Assembly (NCBI GenBank): GCA_017853275.1
Contig: JAFMJV010000003.1
Coordinates: 64,649 to 128,648 of the forward strand
Direction: 5' to 3'
From: Chloroflexota bacterium
GTDB lineage: Bacteria > Chloroflexota > Limnocylindria > Limnocylindrales > CSP1-4
DNA: 64,000 nucleotides
The position numbers and the translations under genes were made by a program. The first letter of the stretch is position 1, and each line of letters begins with the position of its first letter. The notes beneath the pieces were generated by a model. That model was not told the DNA's origin, did no database searches, and was given only the letters and a program-made list of their open reading frames with translations. Shown piece after piece: positions 19,394 to 28,600 of the stretch.

Positions 19394-20386
19394 ATGACGA
19401 TGCGCCTCGGCTTCTCGGGAACGGGTTACATCGCGAAGATCCATGCGGACGCGGCGCAGGCGATCGGCGCCCGGGTCGCGTCCGTCGCGAACCACCGCCC
19501 GGAGTCCCGGGCGGCGTTCGCCGAACGCTTCGCGGTCGACCGGACCTTCGAGAACGTCCCCGATCTCCTCGCGGCCGGTGGCATCGACGGCCTCGTCGTG
19601 TGCACGCCGAACGCGCTCCACGCACCCGATACGCTGGCCGCGCTCGCGGCCGGGATCCCCGTCCTCGTCGAGAAACCGATGGCGCGGACCGCCGTCGAGG
19701 CGCAGACGATGCACGATGCGTCCGTCGCGTCCGTCGTGCCCCTCATGGTCGCCCACTGCTGGCGGTTCGACGCCGAGGCCCTCTGGCTGCGCGACGAGGT
19801 CCGCGCCGGCCGGCTGGGAAGGATCATCCGGACGAAGGGCTACGGGGTCCATGTCGACTGGGGCCCGAAGGGCTGGTTCACCCAGTCCGCCCTGGCGGGT
19901 GGCGGAGCGCTCGCAGACATGGGGATCCACGCGCTGGACACGGTCCGCTTCCTGCTCGGTGACCCGCTGCCGGAGCGCGTCTACGCGGCGGTGGGGACCT
20001 ACTACCGCGAGATCGACGTGGACGATACCGGGGTGATCGTCGTGACGTGGCAGGGCGGGATCACCTCGGTGATCGAATCGGGCTGGTTCCAGCCCCAGGC
20101 TGACGGCCCGGAAGCGGCGACCCAGCTTTACGGGACCGAGGGCTATGGACGCCTCTACCCCACCTCCCGCAAGGCATCGGGAGGGGAGCTCGTCGACCCG
20201 GGCTTCGTCTTCCCGCGGAAGCCGCACTGCCTCCCGGAGATGTACCAGGCGCAGATGCGCGCCTTCCTCGAGGTGATCCGCACCGGCCGCGTGGAGGAAG
20301 GGCGGTCGGACGTGAGCCTGGTGAACGCGCGGATCGTGGATGCGACCTACACGAGCTCGCAGAGAGGCGAGGTGGTCCACCTCTGA
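19394..20386 (+). CDS. Gfo/Idh/MocA-family NAD(P)-dependent oxidoreductase
   Basis: N-terminal Rossmann segment MRLGFSGTGYIAKIHA and the VLVEKPMART (EKP) motif. GGTAGGAGG RBS precedes the start; the stop at 20384-20386 lies 4 nt before repeat copy 2. Confidence 0.85.
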   Translation: MTMRLGFSGTGYIAKIHADAAQAIGARVASVANHRPESRAAFAERFAVDRTFENVPDLLAAGGIDGLVVCTPNALHAPDTLAALAAGIPVLVEKPMARTAVEAQTMHDASVASVVPLMVAHCWRFDAEALWLRDEVRAGRLGRIIRTKGYGVHVDWGPKGWFTQSALAGGGALADMGIHALDTVRFLLGDPLPERVYAAVGTYYREIDVDDTGVIVVTWQGGITSVIESGWFQPQADGPEAATQLYGTEGYGRLYPTSRKASGGELVDPGFVFPRKPHCLPEMYQAQMRAFLEVIRTGRVEEGRSDVSLVNARIVDATYTSSQRGEVVHL

Positions 20387-20390
20387 TCCG

Positions 20391-20504
20391 GGCGATCCGG
20401 CGGCGGCTCGGGGCACCCGCGGCGCTCGGCGTGCCGTGGCACCGGGGGGAGCGGGGGCTCTAGGGTCCGGTCAGCCCTCGGTGGATCGGGTGAGCGCGGC
20501 CGCG
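20391..20504. repeat. 114-bp direct repeat, copy 2 (right border of the 11-kb insert)
   Basis: Identical to 9246-9359. It holds a relic of the permease 3' end (including TAG 20461-20463) and the genuine 3' end of the protease gene (stop 20471-20473). Confidence 0.9.
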
Positions 20505-20953
20505 ATCGCCGCGGCGGCATCCCGCAGGGCGCCCTCCACCTCGGGGGAGAGCGGGTCCCCCATCCCGAAGGAGCGCCCGCCGATCCCCACGAAGCTCCCG
20601 GCCGGGACGCGCCCGCCGATGAGCGCCGCGAGGGCGATCGTCTCCTCCAGGGGAAGCTCGTGGGAGGAGCGCGGCCTGGGCCCGGGGCCTGCGGCACGTG
20701 CCGTCCCCATCCCCGCCAGCTCCGCGAGCGGCCGGATCCAGAGCGTCCCCGGCGGGATCCCCGCCACCGCGTCCACGATCACCGTCTCCGCCTCGGCAGG
20801 GAGGTCGAGGAGGAGCTGGACGTCCAGGCTCCCGGCGGGGATCACGCGGACGCCCGCGAGGAGCGCCGGGTCGAGGAGGTCGGCAGCCCGGAAGGCGGCG
20901 TCATCGTCCCCGCGGGCCGGCTCGCCGCACAGGACGAGCGTGCGCTCGGCCAC
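20471..20953 (-). CDS. [NiFe]-hydrogenase maturation endopeptidase (HoxW/HycI-like)
   Basis: 160-aa ORF reading LVLCGEPARGDDDAAF...VIVDAV, typical of hydrogenase maturation proteases. It lies 4 nt downstream of the large-subunit gene. Confidence 0.75.
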   Translation of the reverse strand: MAERTLVLCGEPARGDDDAAFRAADLLDPALLAGVRVIPAGSLDVQLLLDLPAEAETVIVDAVAGIPPGTLWIRPLAELAGMGTARAAGPGPRPRSSHELPLEETIALAALIGGRVPAGSFVGIGGRSFGMGDPLSPEVEGALRDAAAAIAAALTRSTEG

Positions 20954-20956
20954 CGC

Positions 20957-22288
20957 TCAGGCGCGGTCGATCGTGAGATCGAGGAAGTGGGTCGCGCAGC
21001 TGATGCAGGGGTCGTAGGAGCGGATCATCTGCTCCAGGCGGTGGGTCGCCTCGGCATGGGGGAGCGCCAGGACCTCGCGCGCGGCGACCACGAGATCGGC
21101 CTCGATCGCCGCCTGGTTCTGGCTCGTGGGCGGGACGATCTGCGCCTCCCGGATCCGGCCCCGATCGTCCACCACGTAGCGGTGGAAGAGGAGGCCGCGC
21201 GGGGCTTCCGTGGCCCACGCGGCGACCCCGGCGCGCGGCTCCCAGGCGGCGAGCGGGACGGAGGGCGGCACGTAGGCATCGATGAGGTCGAGCGCCTCCG
21301 CGTAGGCGTGGATGAGCTCCACCCCGCGGGCCACGATCGAGGCGTAGATGTTCGTCCGGATGAGCTCCGCGAAGCCGCTCTGGTCGAGCGCCTCGCGGGC
21401 GAGCGGGTGGAGCGTCCCGCCGGTGAGGGTGACGCGGGCTGCGGGGCCGAGGAGATAGGCGCCCTTCCCGTCCAGGGTCCGGGCATGGAGCGCGTTGCTC
21501 CCCTCCACCTGGTGCTCCTCGAAGATCGAGCGCCAGTCCGCCATCGGGATGTCGATCCCGTCCGAGCTCACGATCCGGCCGTGGTTGAAGGGGTACTCGT
21601 CCGGGTGGCGGAGGGAGACGAGGCGAGGCTCGCGCGCGAAGGCGGGCATCGGGAGGCTCGCCACGAAGCGGGTCGTCTCCTGCGCGATCGCGAGCCCGTC
21701 GGCGAGCGCGGGCCGGAGGGCGAGGAGCTCGGAGCGGCGCGGGGCGCGGCTCCAGCCGCCCACGCGGACGGAGACCGGGTGGATCGGCCGGCCGCCGAGG
21801 AGGCGGAGGAGGTCGTTCCCGGCCTTCTTCGCGCGGAGCGCCGCCTCCACCCGCTCCCGGTGGTCCGCGGCCATCGCGATCGCGGAGGGATAGCCGAGGA
21901 AGTCCGGCGCGTGGAGGAGCCAGATATGGAGGGCGTGGCTCTCGATCCACTCGCCGCAGTAGAGGAGCCGCCGGAGGGCGCGCACGGAGGGATCGATCGC
22001 GACGCCGAAGAGGTCCTCGAAGGCGTGGACCGCGCTCATCTGGTACGCCACGGGGCAGATCCCGCAGATGCGCGCGACGATGTCGATCACCTCGTCCGGC
22101 GTCCGATCCACCACGAGCGCCTCGAAGTAGCGCGGCGCCTCGAAGATCCCGAGGCGCGCCTCCACGATCTCGCCGCCGCGGACGACGAGGTGGAGCGAGC
22201 CCTCCCCCTCGACGCGGGTCAGCTCACCGACGGCATAGGTGCGGTCCTCGGGGACGGGGGCCGGGGTGGGGGTGGGACGCTCGGTCAT
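20957..22288 (-). CDS. hyhL: [NiFe]-hydrogenase large (alpha) subunit, group 3b-like
   Basis: N-terminal RICGICPVAY and C-terminal DPCISCATH Ni-Fe ligand motifs. The product is 443 aa from ATG 22288 (MTERPT...), and ATGA overlaps the small-subunit stop. Confidence 0.85.
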   Translation of the reverse strand: MTERPTPTPAPVPEDRTYAVGELTRVEGEGSLHLVVRGGEIVEARLGIFEAPRYFEALVVDRTPDEVIDIVARICGICPVAYQMSAVHAFEDLFGVAIDPSVRALRRLLYCGEWIESHALHIWLLHAPDFLGYPSAIAMAADHRERVEAALRAKKAGNDLLRLLGGRPIHPVSVRVGGWSRAPRRSELLALRPALADGLAIAQETTRFVASLPMPAFAREPRLVSLRHPDEYPFNHGRIVSSDGIDIPMADWRSIFEEHQVEGSNALHARTLDGKGAYLLGPAARVTLTGGTLHPLAREALDQSGFAELIRTNIYASIVARGVELIHAYAEALDLIDAYVPPSVPLAAWEPRAGVAAWATEAPRGLLFHRYVVDDRGRIREAQIVPPTSQNQAAIEADLVVAAREVLALPHAEATHRLEQMIRSYDPCISCATHFLDLTIDRA

Positions 22289-23151
22289 CGCGCTCCCTCC
22301 TGGGCCGCGCGGCGGGCGGCCTCCGGTGCCATGGGAAGCGAGCGGCGGCTCCCCTCCGGCGCTCCGCCCGTGGCGTCGATCGCGCTGCGGAAGGGCTGCG
22401 CCCAGGCCGTGAAGCCGGCGAGGAGCCGGCCCGCCTCCGCGGGGTCGTGGCCGAGATCGGCGGTGAGATGGCGGAGGAGGCCGTCCACGTTCGCGCCCTC
22501 GCGCGGCCCGAAGCAGCCGTAGCAGCCGCGCCCGTAGCGGGGGCAGATCGCGCCGCATCCACCCTGGGTCACCTGGCCGAGGCAGGGGACACCCTTCGCG
22601 ACCGCCACGCAGACCGCGCCGCGCCGCTTGCACTCCTGGCAGACCGATTCATCGCGCAGCTGCGGCCGGCGGCCGGTGGCGAGCGCGGCGAGAAGCTCCA
22701 GGAGCTGGTCCGGGTCGATCGGGCAGCCGCGCAGCTCGGCATCCACGGGGACGAGATCGGCGACGGGGAGGGAGCGGTCGAGCGAGGCGACCCATTCCGG
22801 CCGGGCGTAGACCGCGTCCCGGAAGGCCGCGTGGTCGCCCCAGTTCCGGAGCGCCTGGATCCCGCCCGCGGTGGCGCAGGCGCCGATCGTCACGAGGTAC
22901 CGCGTCCGGGCGCGCAGCTCCACGATCCGCTCCGCCTGGTGCGGGTCGGAGATCGAGCCCTCGATGAAGAGGACGTCGAAGGGGCCGGCGGAGCGCGCCG
23001 AGGAGGCCTCCGGGAAGTCGAGGATCTCGAAGCGCTCCGTGACGTCCAGGAGGCGCTCCTCGAGGTCGAGGATCGTGAGCTGGCAGCCATCGCAGGAGGC
23101 CATCTTCACGACCCCCACGCGGGGCCGGGCGGGCGCGGCGGAGGAAGCCAT
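22285..23151 (-). CDS. hyhS: [NiFe]-hydrogenase small (delta) subunit, group 3b-like
   Basis: VVKMASCDGCQ...IGACATAGGI plus C-terminal Cys clusters (CQECKRRGAVC, GGCGAICP, CYGCFGP) fit an NuoB-fold FeS subunit. Start is ATG 23151. Confidence 0.85.
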   Translation of the reverse strand: MASSAAPARPRVGVVKMASCDGCQLTILDLEERLLDVTERFEILDFPEASSARSAGPFDVLFIEGSISDPHQAERIVELRARTRYLVTIGACATAGGIQALRNWGDHAAFRDAVYARPEWVASLDRSLPVADLVPVDAELRGCPIDPDQLLELLAALATGRRPQLRDESVCQECKRRGAVCVAVAKGVPCLGQVTQGGCGAICPRYGRGCYGCFGPREGANVDGLLRHLTADLGHDPAEAGRLLAGFTAWAQPFRSAIDATGGAPEGSRRSLPMAPEAARRAAQEGAR

Positions 23152-25130
23152 CAGATCCCCTCCCGTCCGAAGGTGTCGCCGAGCTGGGCGATCGAGAAGA
23201 CCGGGCCGTCCTTGCAGATGAAGAGGCTCCCCATCTGGCAGTGGCCGCAGAGCCCGATCCCGCACTCCATGTGGCGCTCCAGGGTGACCCACGTGCGGGC
23301 CGCCCCGATCCCCCGCGCGGCGAGCGCCGCGACCGTCGCCTGCATCATCCGCTCCGGCCCGCACACGAAGGCGTGCGTCGCGCTGCCGTCCCAGGTCGCC
23401 CGGTCGAAGAGGTGGGTGACCACGCCGACCGGCCCGGACCAGTCGCTCCCCGCGCGGTCCACGGTGAGCGCGACCTCGATCCCGGCGTGCGGCCAGATCC
23501 CCTCCAGCTCATCGCGGAAGAGGAGGTCCGCCGGGGTCCGCGCGCCGTAGTAGAGGCGCACGCTGCCGAAGCGCTCCCGGTCCGCCACCACCGCGTCCAG
23601 GACCGGCCGGAGCGGCGCGAGACCGATCCCGCCGGTGACGATCACGAGGTCGCGGCCGGCGACCCGGTCGAGCGGCCAGGCGGTGCCGAGGGGTCCGCGG
23701 AGGCCCACCTCATCCCCCGGCTGGAGGCCGCACAGGACGCGCGTGGCGGGTCCTGCGCCGCGGATCGTGAGGACGAGACCGTCCGCGGTGAAGCGGCTGA
23801 TCGAGATCGGCAGGGGCGGGAAGCCGGGCAGGTCGACCATCGCGAACTGGCCCGGCCGGCCGGCCGCGAAGGCCGGGTCGAGGCGGTCGATCGCGAGCGT
23901 CGTGGTATCCGCGGTCTCGCTCCGGACCGCGCTCACCCGTCCCACCGCGAAGGCGCCGGGCGTGGCCGCCACCGGCGCGATGACCGGCTCCGGCGGGCGG
24001 ACCGGCGCGATCGCCGCGGCCTCCTCCCGGAGATCGATCCCGACCGGGCACCAGGTGACGCAGCGGCCGCAGCCGACGCATCCGGGCGTCCCGAACTGGT
24101 CCTCCCAGGTGGCGAGCTTGTGCGTCAGCCACTGGCGATAGCGGTCGCGCGGGCGGGAGCGGAAGGAGCCGCCCGCCACCTTCGCGAAGGACGGGCTGAA
24201 GCAGCTATCCCAGGTCCGGTTCATCACGACGTCCGCGCCCGCCAGGTCGGTCGTCTGGGTGACCGAGGTGCAGAAGCAGGTGGGGCAGACGCTCGTGCAG
24301 CTCCCGCAGGTGATGCAGCGCTCGGCCACCTCGGCCCAGCGGGGATGGTCCGGCTGCGCGAGGAGGCGCTCCTTGAGGCCGGGGAGGGCGACCGGGTCGC
24401 CGATCCTGGCGCGCGTGGCGGCGACCTCGTGGGTCGCCCGGGCCCGCTCCTCCGGCGTGGCGACGCGCGCGGCGAGGGCGGCGAGGAGCGTCTCGCCCGC
24501 AGGCGTGGCCGCCTCCACGAGGAGCCCGTCCTCCGTCTCCACGATCGCGAGGTCGTGGCCGGCGGTGAGCTCGGGTCCGCTCCCCATCGAGGTGCAGAAG
24601 CAGGTCGGGGCGCTCACCGTGCAGCCCACCGCCACGATCAGCGTGTCCGCGCGCCGGGCCGCGTAGTCCGTGTCCACGAAGGGGCCGCCCTGGAGGACGC
24701 GGTCGTGGATCCGGAGCGCCGCGATCTCGCAGGCACGGATGCCGAGGAAGGCGATCTTCGGCGGCTCGGGGAGGACGGGGTCGAAGGTGACCTTCCCCTC
24801 CGACCGGGTGGCGCGGGAGATCGGGACGAGGGACGGGAAGGTCCACGCCTTGGGCGAGGAGGGGCCGAGGTTGTAGCCGAAGAGCCGGTCGTCCTCGCGC
24901 CGGACGAGCCGGTAGCGGCCGGGCGCCTGGTCATCCCCCCAGCCGCGCGGGAGCTGGTCCGCGCTGACGATCTCGTCCATCACGATCGCCCCGTCCGCAA
25001 CGGTGGGGCCGATCACCCGGCGGCCGTCCGCGCGGAGGAGGTCGAGGAGGGGCTGGATCCCGTCCCGCGAGAGGAAGCGCGGTCCGGCCAGGGCCGGAAG
25101 GGGAGCGGGGGGTGGGGGCGTCATCACCAT
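23151..25130 (-). CDS. Fused hydrogenase beta-gamma subunit (AsrA-like 4Fe-4S protein fused to AsrB-like FAD/NAD(P)/2Fe-2S oxidoreductase)
   Basis: One uninterrupted frame. The N-terminal half carries CITCGSCTSVCPTCFC and CVGCGRCVTWCP. The C-terminal half carries RPGQFAMV, VTGGIGLAPL and CGIGLCGHCQMG. Start is ATG 25130 or 25124. Confidence 0.8.
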   Translation of the reverse strand: MVMTPPPPAPLPALAGPRFLSRDGIQPLLDLLRADGRRVIGPTVADGAIVMDEIVSADQLPRGWGDDQAPGRYRLVRREDDRLFGYNLGPSSPKAWTFPSLVPISRATRSEGKVTFDPVLPEPPKIAFLGIRACEIAALRIHDRVLQGGPFVDTDYAARRADTLIVAVGCTVSAPTCFCTSMGSGPELTAGHDLAIVETEDGLLVEAATPAGETLLAALAARVATPEERARATHEVAATRARIGDPVALPGLKERLLAQPDHPRWAEVAERCITCGSCTSVCPTCFCTSVTQTTDLAGADVVMNRTWDSCFSPSFAKVAGGSFRSRPRDRYRQWLTHKLATWEDQFGTPGCVGCGRCVTWCPVGIDLREEAAAIAPVRPPEPVIAPVAATPGAFAVGRVSAVRSETADTTTLAIDRLDPAFAAGRPGQFAMVDLPGFPPLPISISRFTADGLVLTIRGAGPATRVLCGLQPGDEVGLRGPLGTAWPLDRVAGRDLVIVTGGIGLAPLRPVLDAVVADRERFGSVRLYYGARTPADLLFRDELEGIWPHAGIEVALTVDRAGSDWSGPVGVVTHLFDRATWDGSATHAFVCGPERMMQATVAALAARGIGAARTWVTLERHMECGIGLCGHCQMGSLFICKDGPVFSIAQLGDTFGREGI

Positions 25131-25606
25131 GAGCGCACCTGCTCGGCAGCATAGAGATCGAGGAGCTGGAGGCGCGTCGCCGTGAGCCGCCGGGAGACGG
25201 CGAGGAGGACGCGCGGGTAGAGCGCCGCGGCGAGGGCAGGGTCCTCGTGGAGGGCCGCGCGGAGCGCGGTGCCGGGGAAGACGATCGCCTCGAGCGGCTC
25301 GATCGCGACGGCCGTCGAGGTGGCCCGGTAGGGCGGCACGAGCGCGGACCAGCCGTAGATGTCGCCCGGCTCCACGGTGAGGATCGTCGCCTCGCCGCGC
25401 TCGGGGACGAGCGTGCGCAGGGCGACCCGGCCGGTGATCACGACCCCCAGGAGGTCCGTCCCCTCGCCCTCGCGGAGGATGACCGTGCCGGCGGGCGCGG
25501 AGACCGGCCGGGCGAGCGCCGCGAGCCGGGCGGAGACCGCGGGCGCGAGCCCGGTGGCGAACCACGTGGAGGCAAGGGTCGCGACGAGGGTGGCCTGATC
25601 GTTCAT
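25124..25606 (-). CDS. Stand-alone cyclic-nucleotide-binding-domain protein (Crp-like effector domain, no HTH)
   Basis: 160-aa ORF with a cNMP beta-roll pattern (VILREGEGTDLLGVVITGRVAL...EPGDIYGWSALV...RATSTAVAIEP). Its stop (25124-25126) overlaps the beta-gamma start. Confidence 0.7.
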   Translation of the reverse strand: MNDQATLVATLASTWFATGLAPAVSARLAALARPVSAPAGTVILREGEGTDLLGVVITGRVALRTLVPERGEATILTVEPGDIYGWSALVPPYRATSTAVAIEPLEAIVFPGTALRAALHEDPALAAALYPRVLLAVSRRLTATRLQLLDLYAAEQVRSW

Positions 25607-25699
25607 GACCTCAGTCTCGCCTCCGGTGCGGGATGGGGAGAGGGCCGAGCGGCCCGGCGGAGCGTGACGAGCGTCCCACCGGGGCCGGTCCGGCCGGGG

Positions 25700-28600
25700 T
25701 CAGCCTCCGGGGGGGCGGCCGGCGGGCGGGGCCGGGCGGGAGCGGGCTGCGATCACCGTGGCCGCCACCGCGACGAGGATGAGGATGCCCATGACGATCG
25801 TGTCCGCGCGGATCGTGGAGCCCTCGACGCGCGGGTCCATGTTCACCGCGAACTGGAAGTCGTAGTTCCAGGTGGGGAGGAGCATCTGGTAGATGTTCGC
25901 CATCGCCGAGGGGACGGGGAGGCCGGAGAGGTTCGGGATGAAGGCGACGAGGAAGAGGATCGCGGCGAGGAGGATCCCCACCGCGAGCCGGCGCGGATCC
26001 CGGGCACGCAGGACGAGGATGGCCGCGATCCCGAGCGCGATCAGCGCCGGAAGGGCGATGAAGATGTCCGCGACCTCGACCGAGATCGGGTCACCGGAGA
26101 GGAGGAGGCGCGCGGCCACGACGCCGAGGAGCGTGGCGCCCCCGGTGCCGAGGAGCGCGACGCTCCCCCAGCGGCCGTTCCGGCCGGGCGCGCCGGTGCT
26201 TCCGGAGATCTGGACGATCCAGAGCGCGACGGCGATCCCCGCGAGGAGGACGAAGAGGATCCCGATCGCCTGCTGGCTGAGCGTGATCGTGCGGGTGACG
26301 GTCTCCGCGCAGGCGGTCGCTCCCGGGTTCATCTCCGTGACGCCCGCGATCGCGCAGAGCGGCTGGCGGAAGAGCCAGAGGAGCGGGGCGCCCACGAGCG
26401 AGAGGGCGGCGGCGATCCGCGCGATGAGCCAGGCGGCGCGCGAGGGGCCGTGCCACAGCTCCGCCACGAGGTAGCCGAGCCCGAGGACGATGAATGGGAG
26501 GCTCGCATAGACGTGGTACTGGAAGGTGGCCCGGTCGATCCGCGCCCACGGGATCCACATCGACAGGAAGAGGACGATGACGAGCGTGAGCGCGAGGCTC
26601 CGCCGCCGCCACGCCGCCCACGCGGAGAAGATGAGGCCCGCGATCCCCATCCAGAAGACGACGAGGTTCCCGGTGTCGTAGATCGAGCCGGTCCGGCCAC
26701 CTGCGAAGCCCTCCTGGTAGAACCAGACCGGCTTGAGGTCGAGCGGCCAGGCCCACCACGGCGAGGTGGCCGCGTGGGTCGCCCGCAGGCCGTCGTGGTA
26801 GTCGTACATCCCGAGCGTGAGCTGCCAGAGCGTCTGCCCGGTGTTCCCGGCCGGGAAGCCCGGCCAGAGCTGGTTGCCGAGCGCCGCCCAGGGGAGGTAG
26901 GCGGCCACGTAGACGGCGAGCGGGATCAGCGTGAGGCAGGCGAGCGCGAGGAGCCAGGGGATCCCCCCGGCGGCCCCGGGGAGGAGCCACGCGTGGGGTG
27001 GCGGTGCGGAGGGCTCCGGGCCCACGCGGGAGAGGCCGGGCCGGGCGAGCGGTCCGATCCCCGCCGCGCCCGCGAGGCGCCCCGCGACCAGGACGCCGAC
27101 CCCGAGGACGATGAGCCCGATCCCCGCGAGGAGCGCGAGCCGCGGGTCGGGCGGGGCAGGGGCGGCCGGGTCCGACGGGGCAAGGAAGAGGAGACCGCCC
27201 GCGATGAGCGCGAGGACGCCGAGGACGATCGGCACAAAGGTCGCGAAGCGGAGCTCGTCCAGGGTCATCCGGACCGGGCGCCGGACGATCGCCGCGGCGA
27301 GCGCGACGGTGAGCAGGATGATCACGATCGGGAAGAGCCAGTTCCGGCTCGGGTCCGGGACATCCGCCGCCCGGAGCGCCATCGCGCCGAGGACGGCGGA
27401 GAGGACGACCATCCCGGCGAGCGCGAGGAGCCGGCCGAGGGCGGAGCGGAAGAGGACGAGGAGGATGATCCCGCCGATCGCGTAGGCCGCGACCCACTTG
27501 GACGCGAGCGCAAGCCCGAGCAGGAGCCCGACCCCCATGAGCCCGGCGGCGATCTGCCAGGCGCGGGTCCAGCGACCGGTCCAGAGCCCGGCGAAGAGGG
27601 TGAGCGCCGCGACCACGAAGAACGTGATGTAGACGTCGTTCATCGCGATCCGGGCGTTCGCGAAGAGCATCCCCTCCGCGAGGGCGAGGACCGCGACCGC
27701 GACCGCGACGGCGCGGCGGCGGAAGAGGATCCGGGCGAGCAGGTAGAGGAGCGCCGCGGTGAGCGCGCCGAGGATGACGCCGGGGAGGCGCCAGGCGAAG
27801 GCGTTCCCGCCGACCCCCACGGTGGCGCTCGCCCCGTCCGCGGCGACCGCGATGAGCCCCGTCCGGTCCGCCTCCGGCCGGTCGGGCTGGAGGTCGAGCG
27901 TCACCGCGACCGGGGTGAAGGGGAGGCGGGCGTCCGCGAAGAGCGAGCTCCCGTTCGGCTCGATGACCCAGACGGTCGGCTCGCCCGCGGCCGTCCTGCC
28001 CACGACGTGGATGAGGGACGCGGTGTCGTTCCAGAGGACCGGGCCACCGCTCCCCGGAAGCCGGACCGGCTCACGCGGGATGGGGCCCGTCCGGTCGAAG
28101 CGCCACGCGGTCACCTCGCCCTCGCGGGCGACGTAGAGGAGGGGCTCGCCGGTCCCGTAGGGCATGTAGCCGAGACCGAGGACGGGGCTCTCCGTGCCGA
28201 GGGTGCGCAGGATGCGCAGCGAGGAGGGATCCACGATCTCCACGCCCGCGGGGGCCGCGACGGCGACCACGGGGACGGAGGCGAAGCTGACGCCGGTGAG
28301 CCGCCCGTCGTCGATCGGCCCCTGGAGGGTCTCGCGCACGAGATCGTCCGGCCAGGCGGCGAGGACGACCGGTCCGTCCGCCGTGCGGAGCCGCTCCTCG
28401 ATCGCCACGGCATCGATGCCGAGGGCTTCGGCGAGCGGGATCGCCGCGGTCGCGAGGTCGCCGATCAGGGTGGGGTCGGCAACGACCGCCTCGGCGTCCC
28501 CCGCGCGGGAGAGGGCGATGGAGCCGGGGAGGGAGAGCGAGGGACCGACCTGCCGGAGGGTGAGGTCGATCGTGTGCAGCGTCCCGTCCGCGTCGAGGAG

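Noticed and set aside
9360-20390. Compositional (GC) difference of the inserted operon against the flanks
   Set aside because: Hand counts on a few 60-nt lines gave 60-70% inside and about 68% outside. This is too noisy to support a claim, so the insert call rests on the repeat structure only.
20660-25154. Long plus-strand ORFs 20660-22522 (620 aa) and 23241-25154 (637 aa)
   Set aside because: They are antisense to the hydrogenase large-subunit and beta-gamma genes, which have unmistakable metal-cluster motifs. The plus-strand translations are RGD/E-rich junk typical of high-GC shadow frames.
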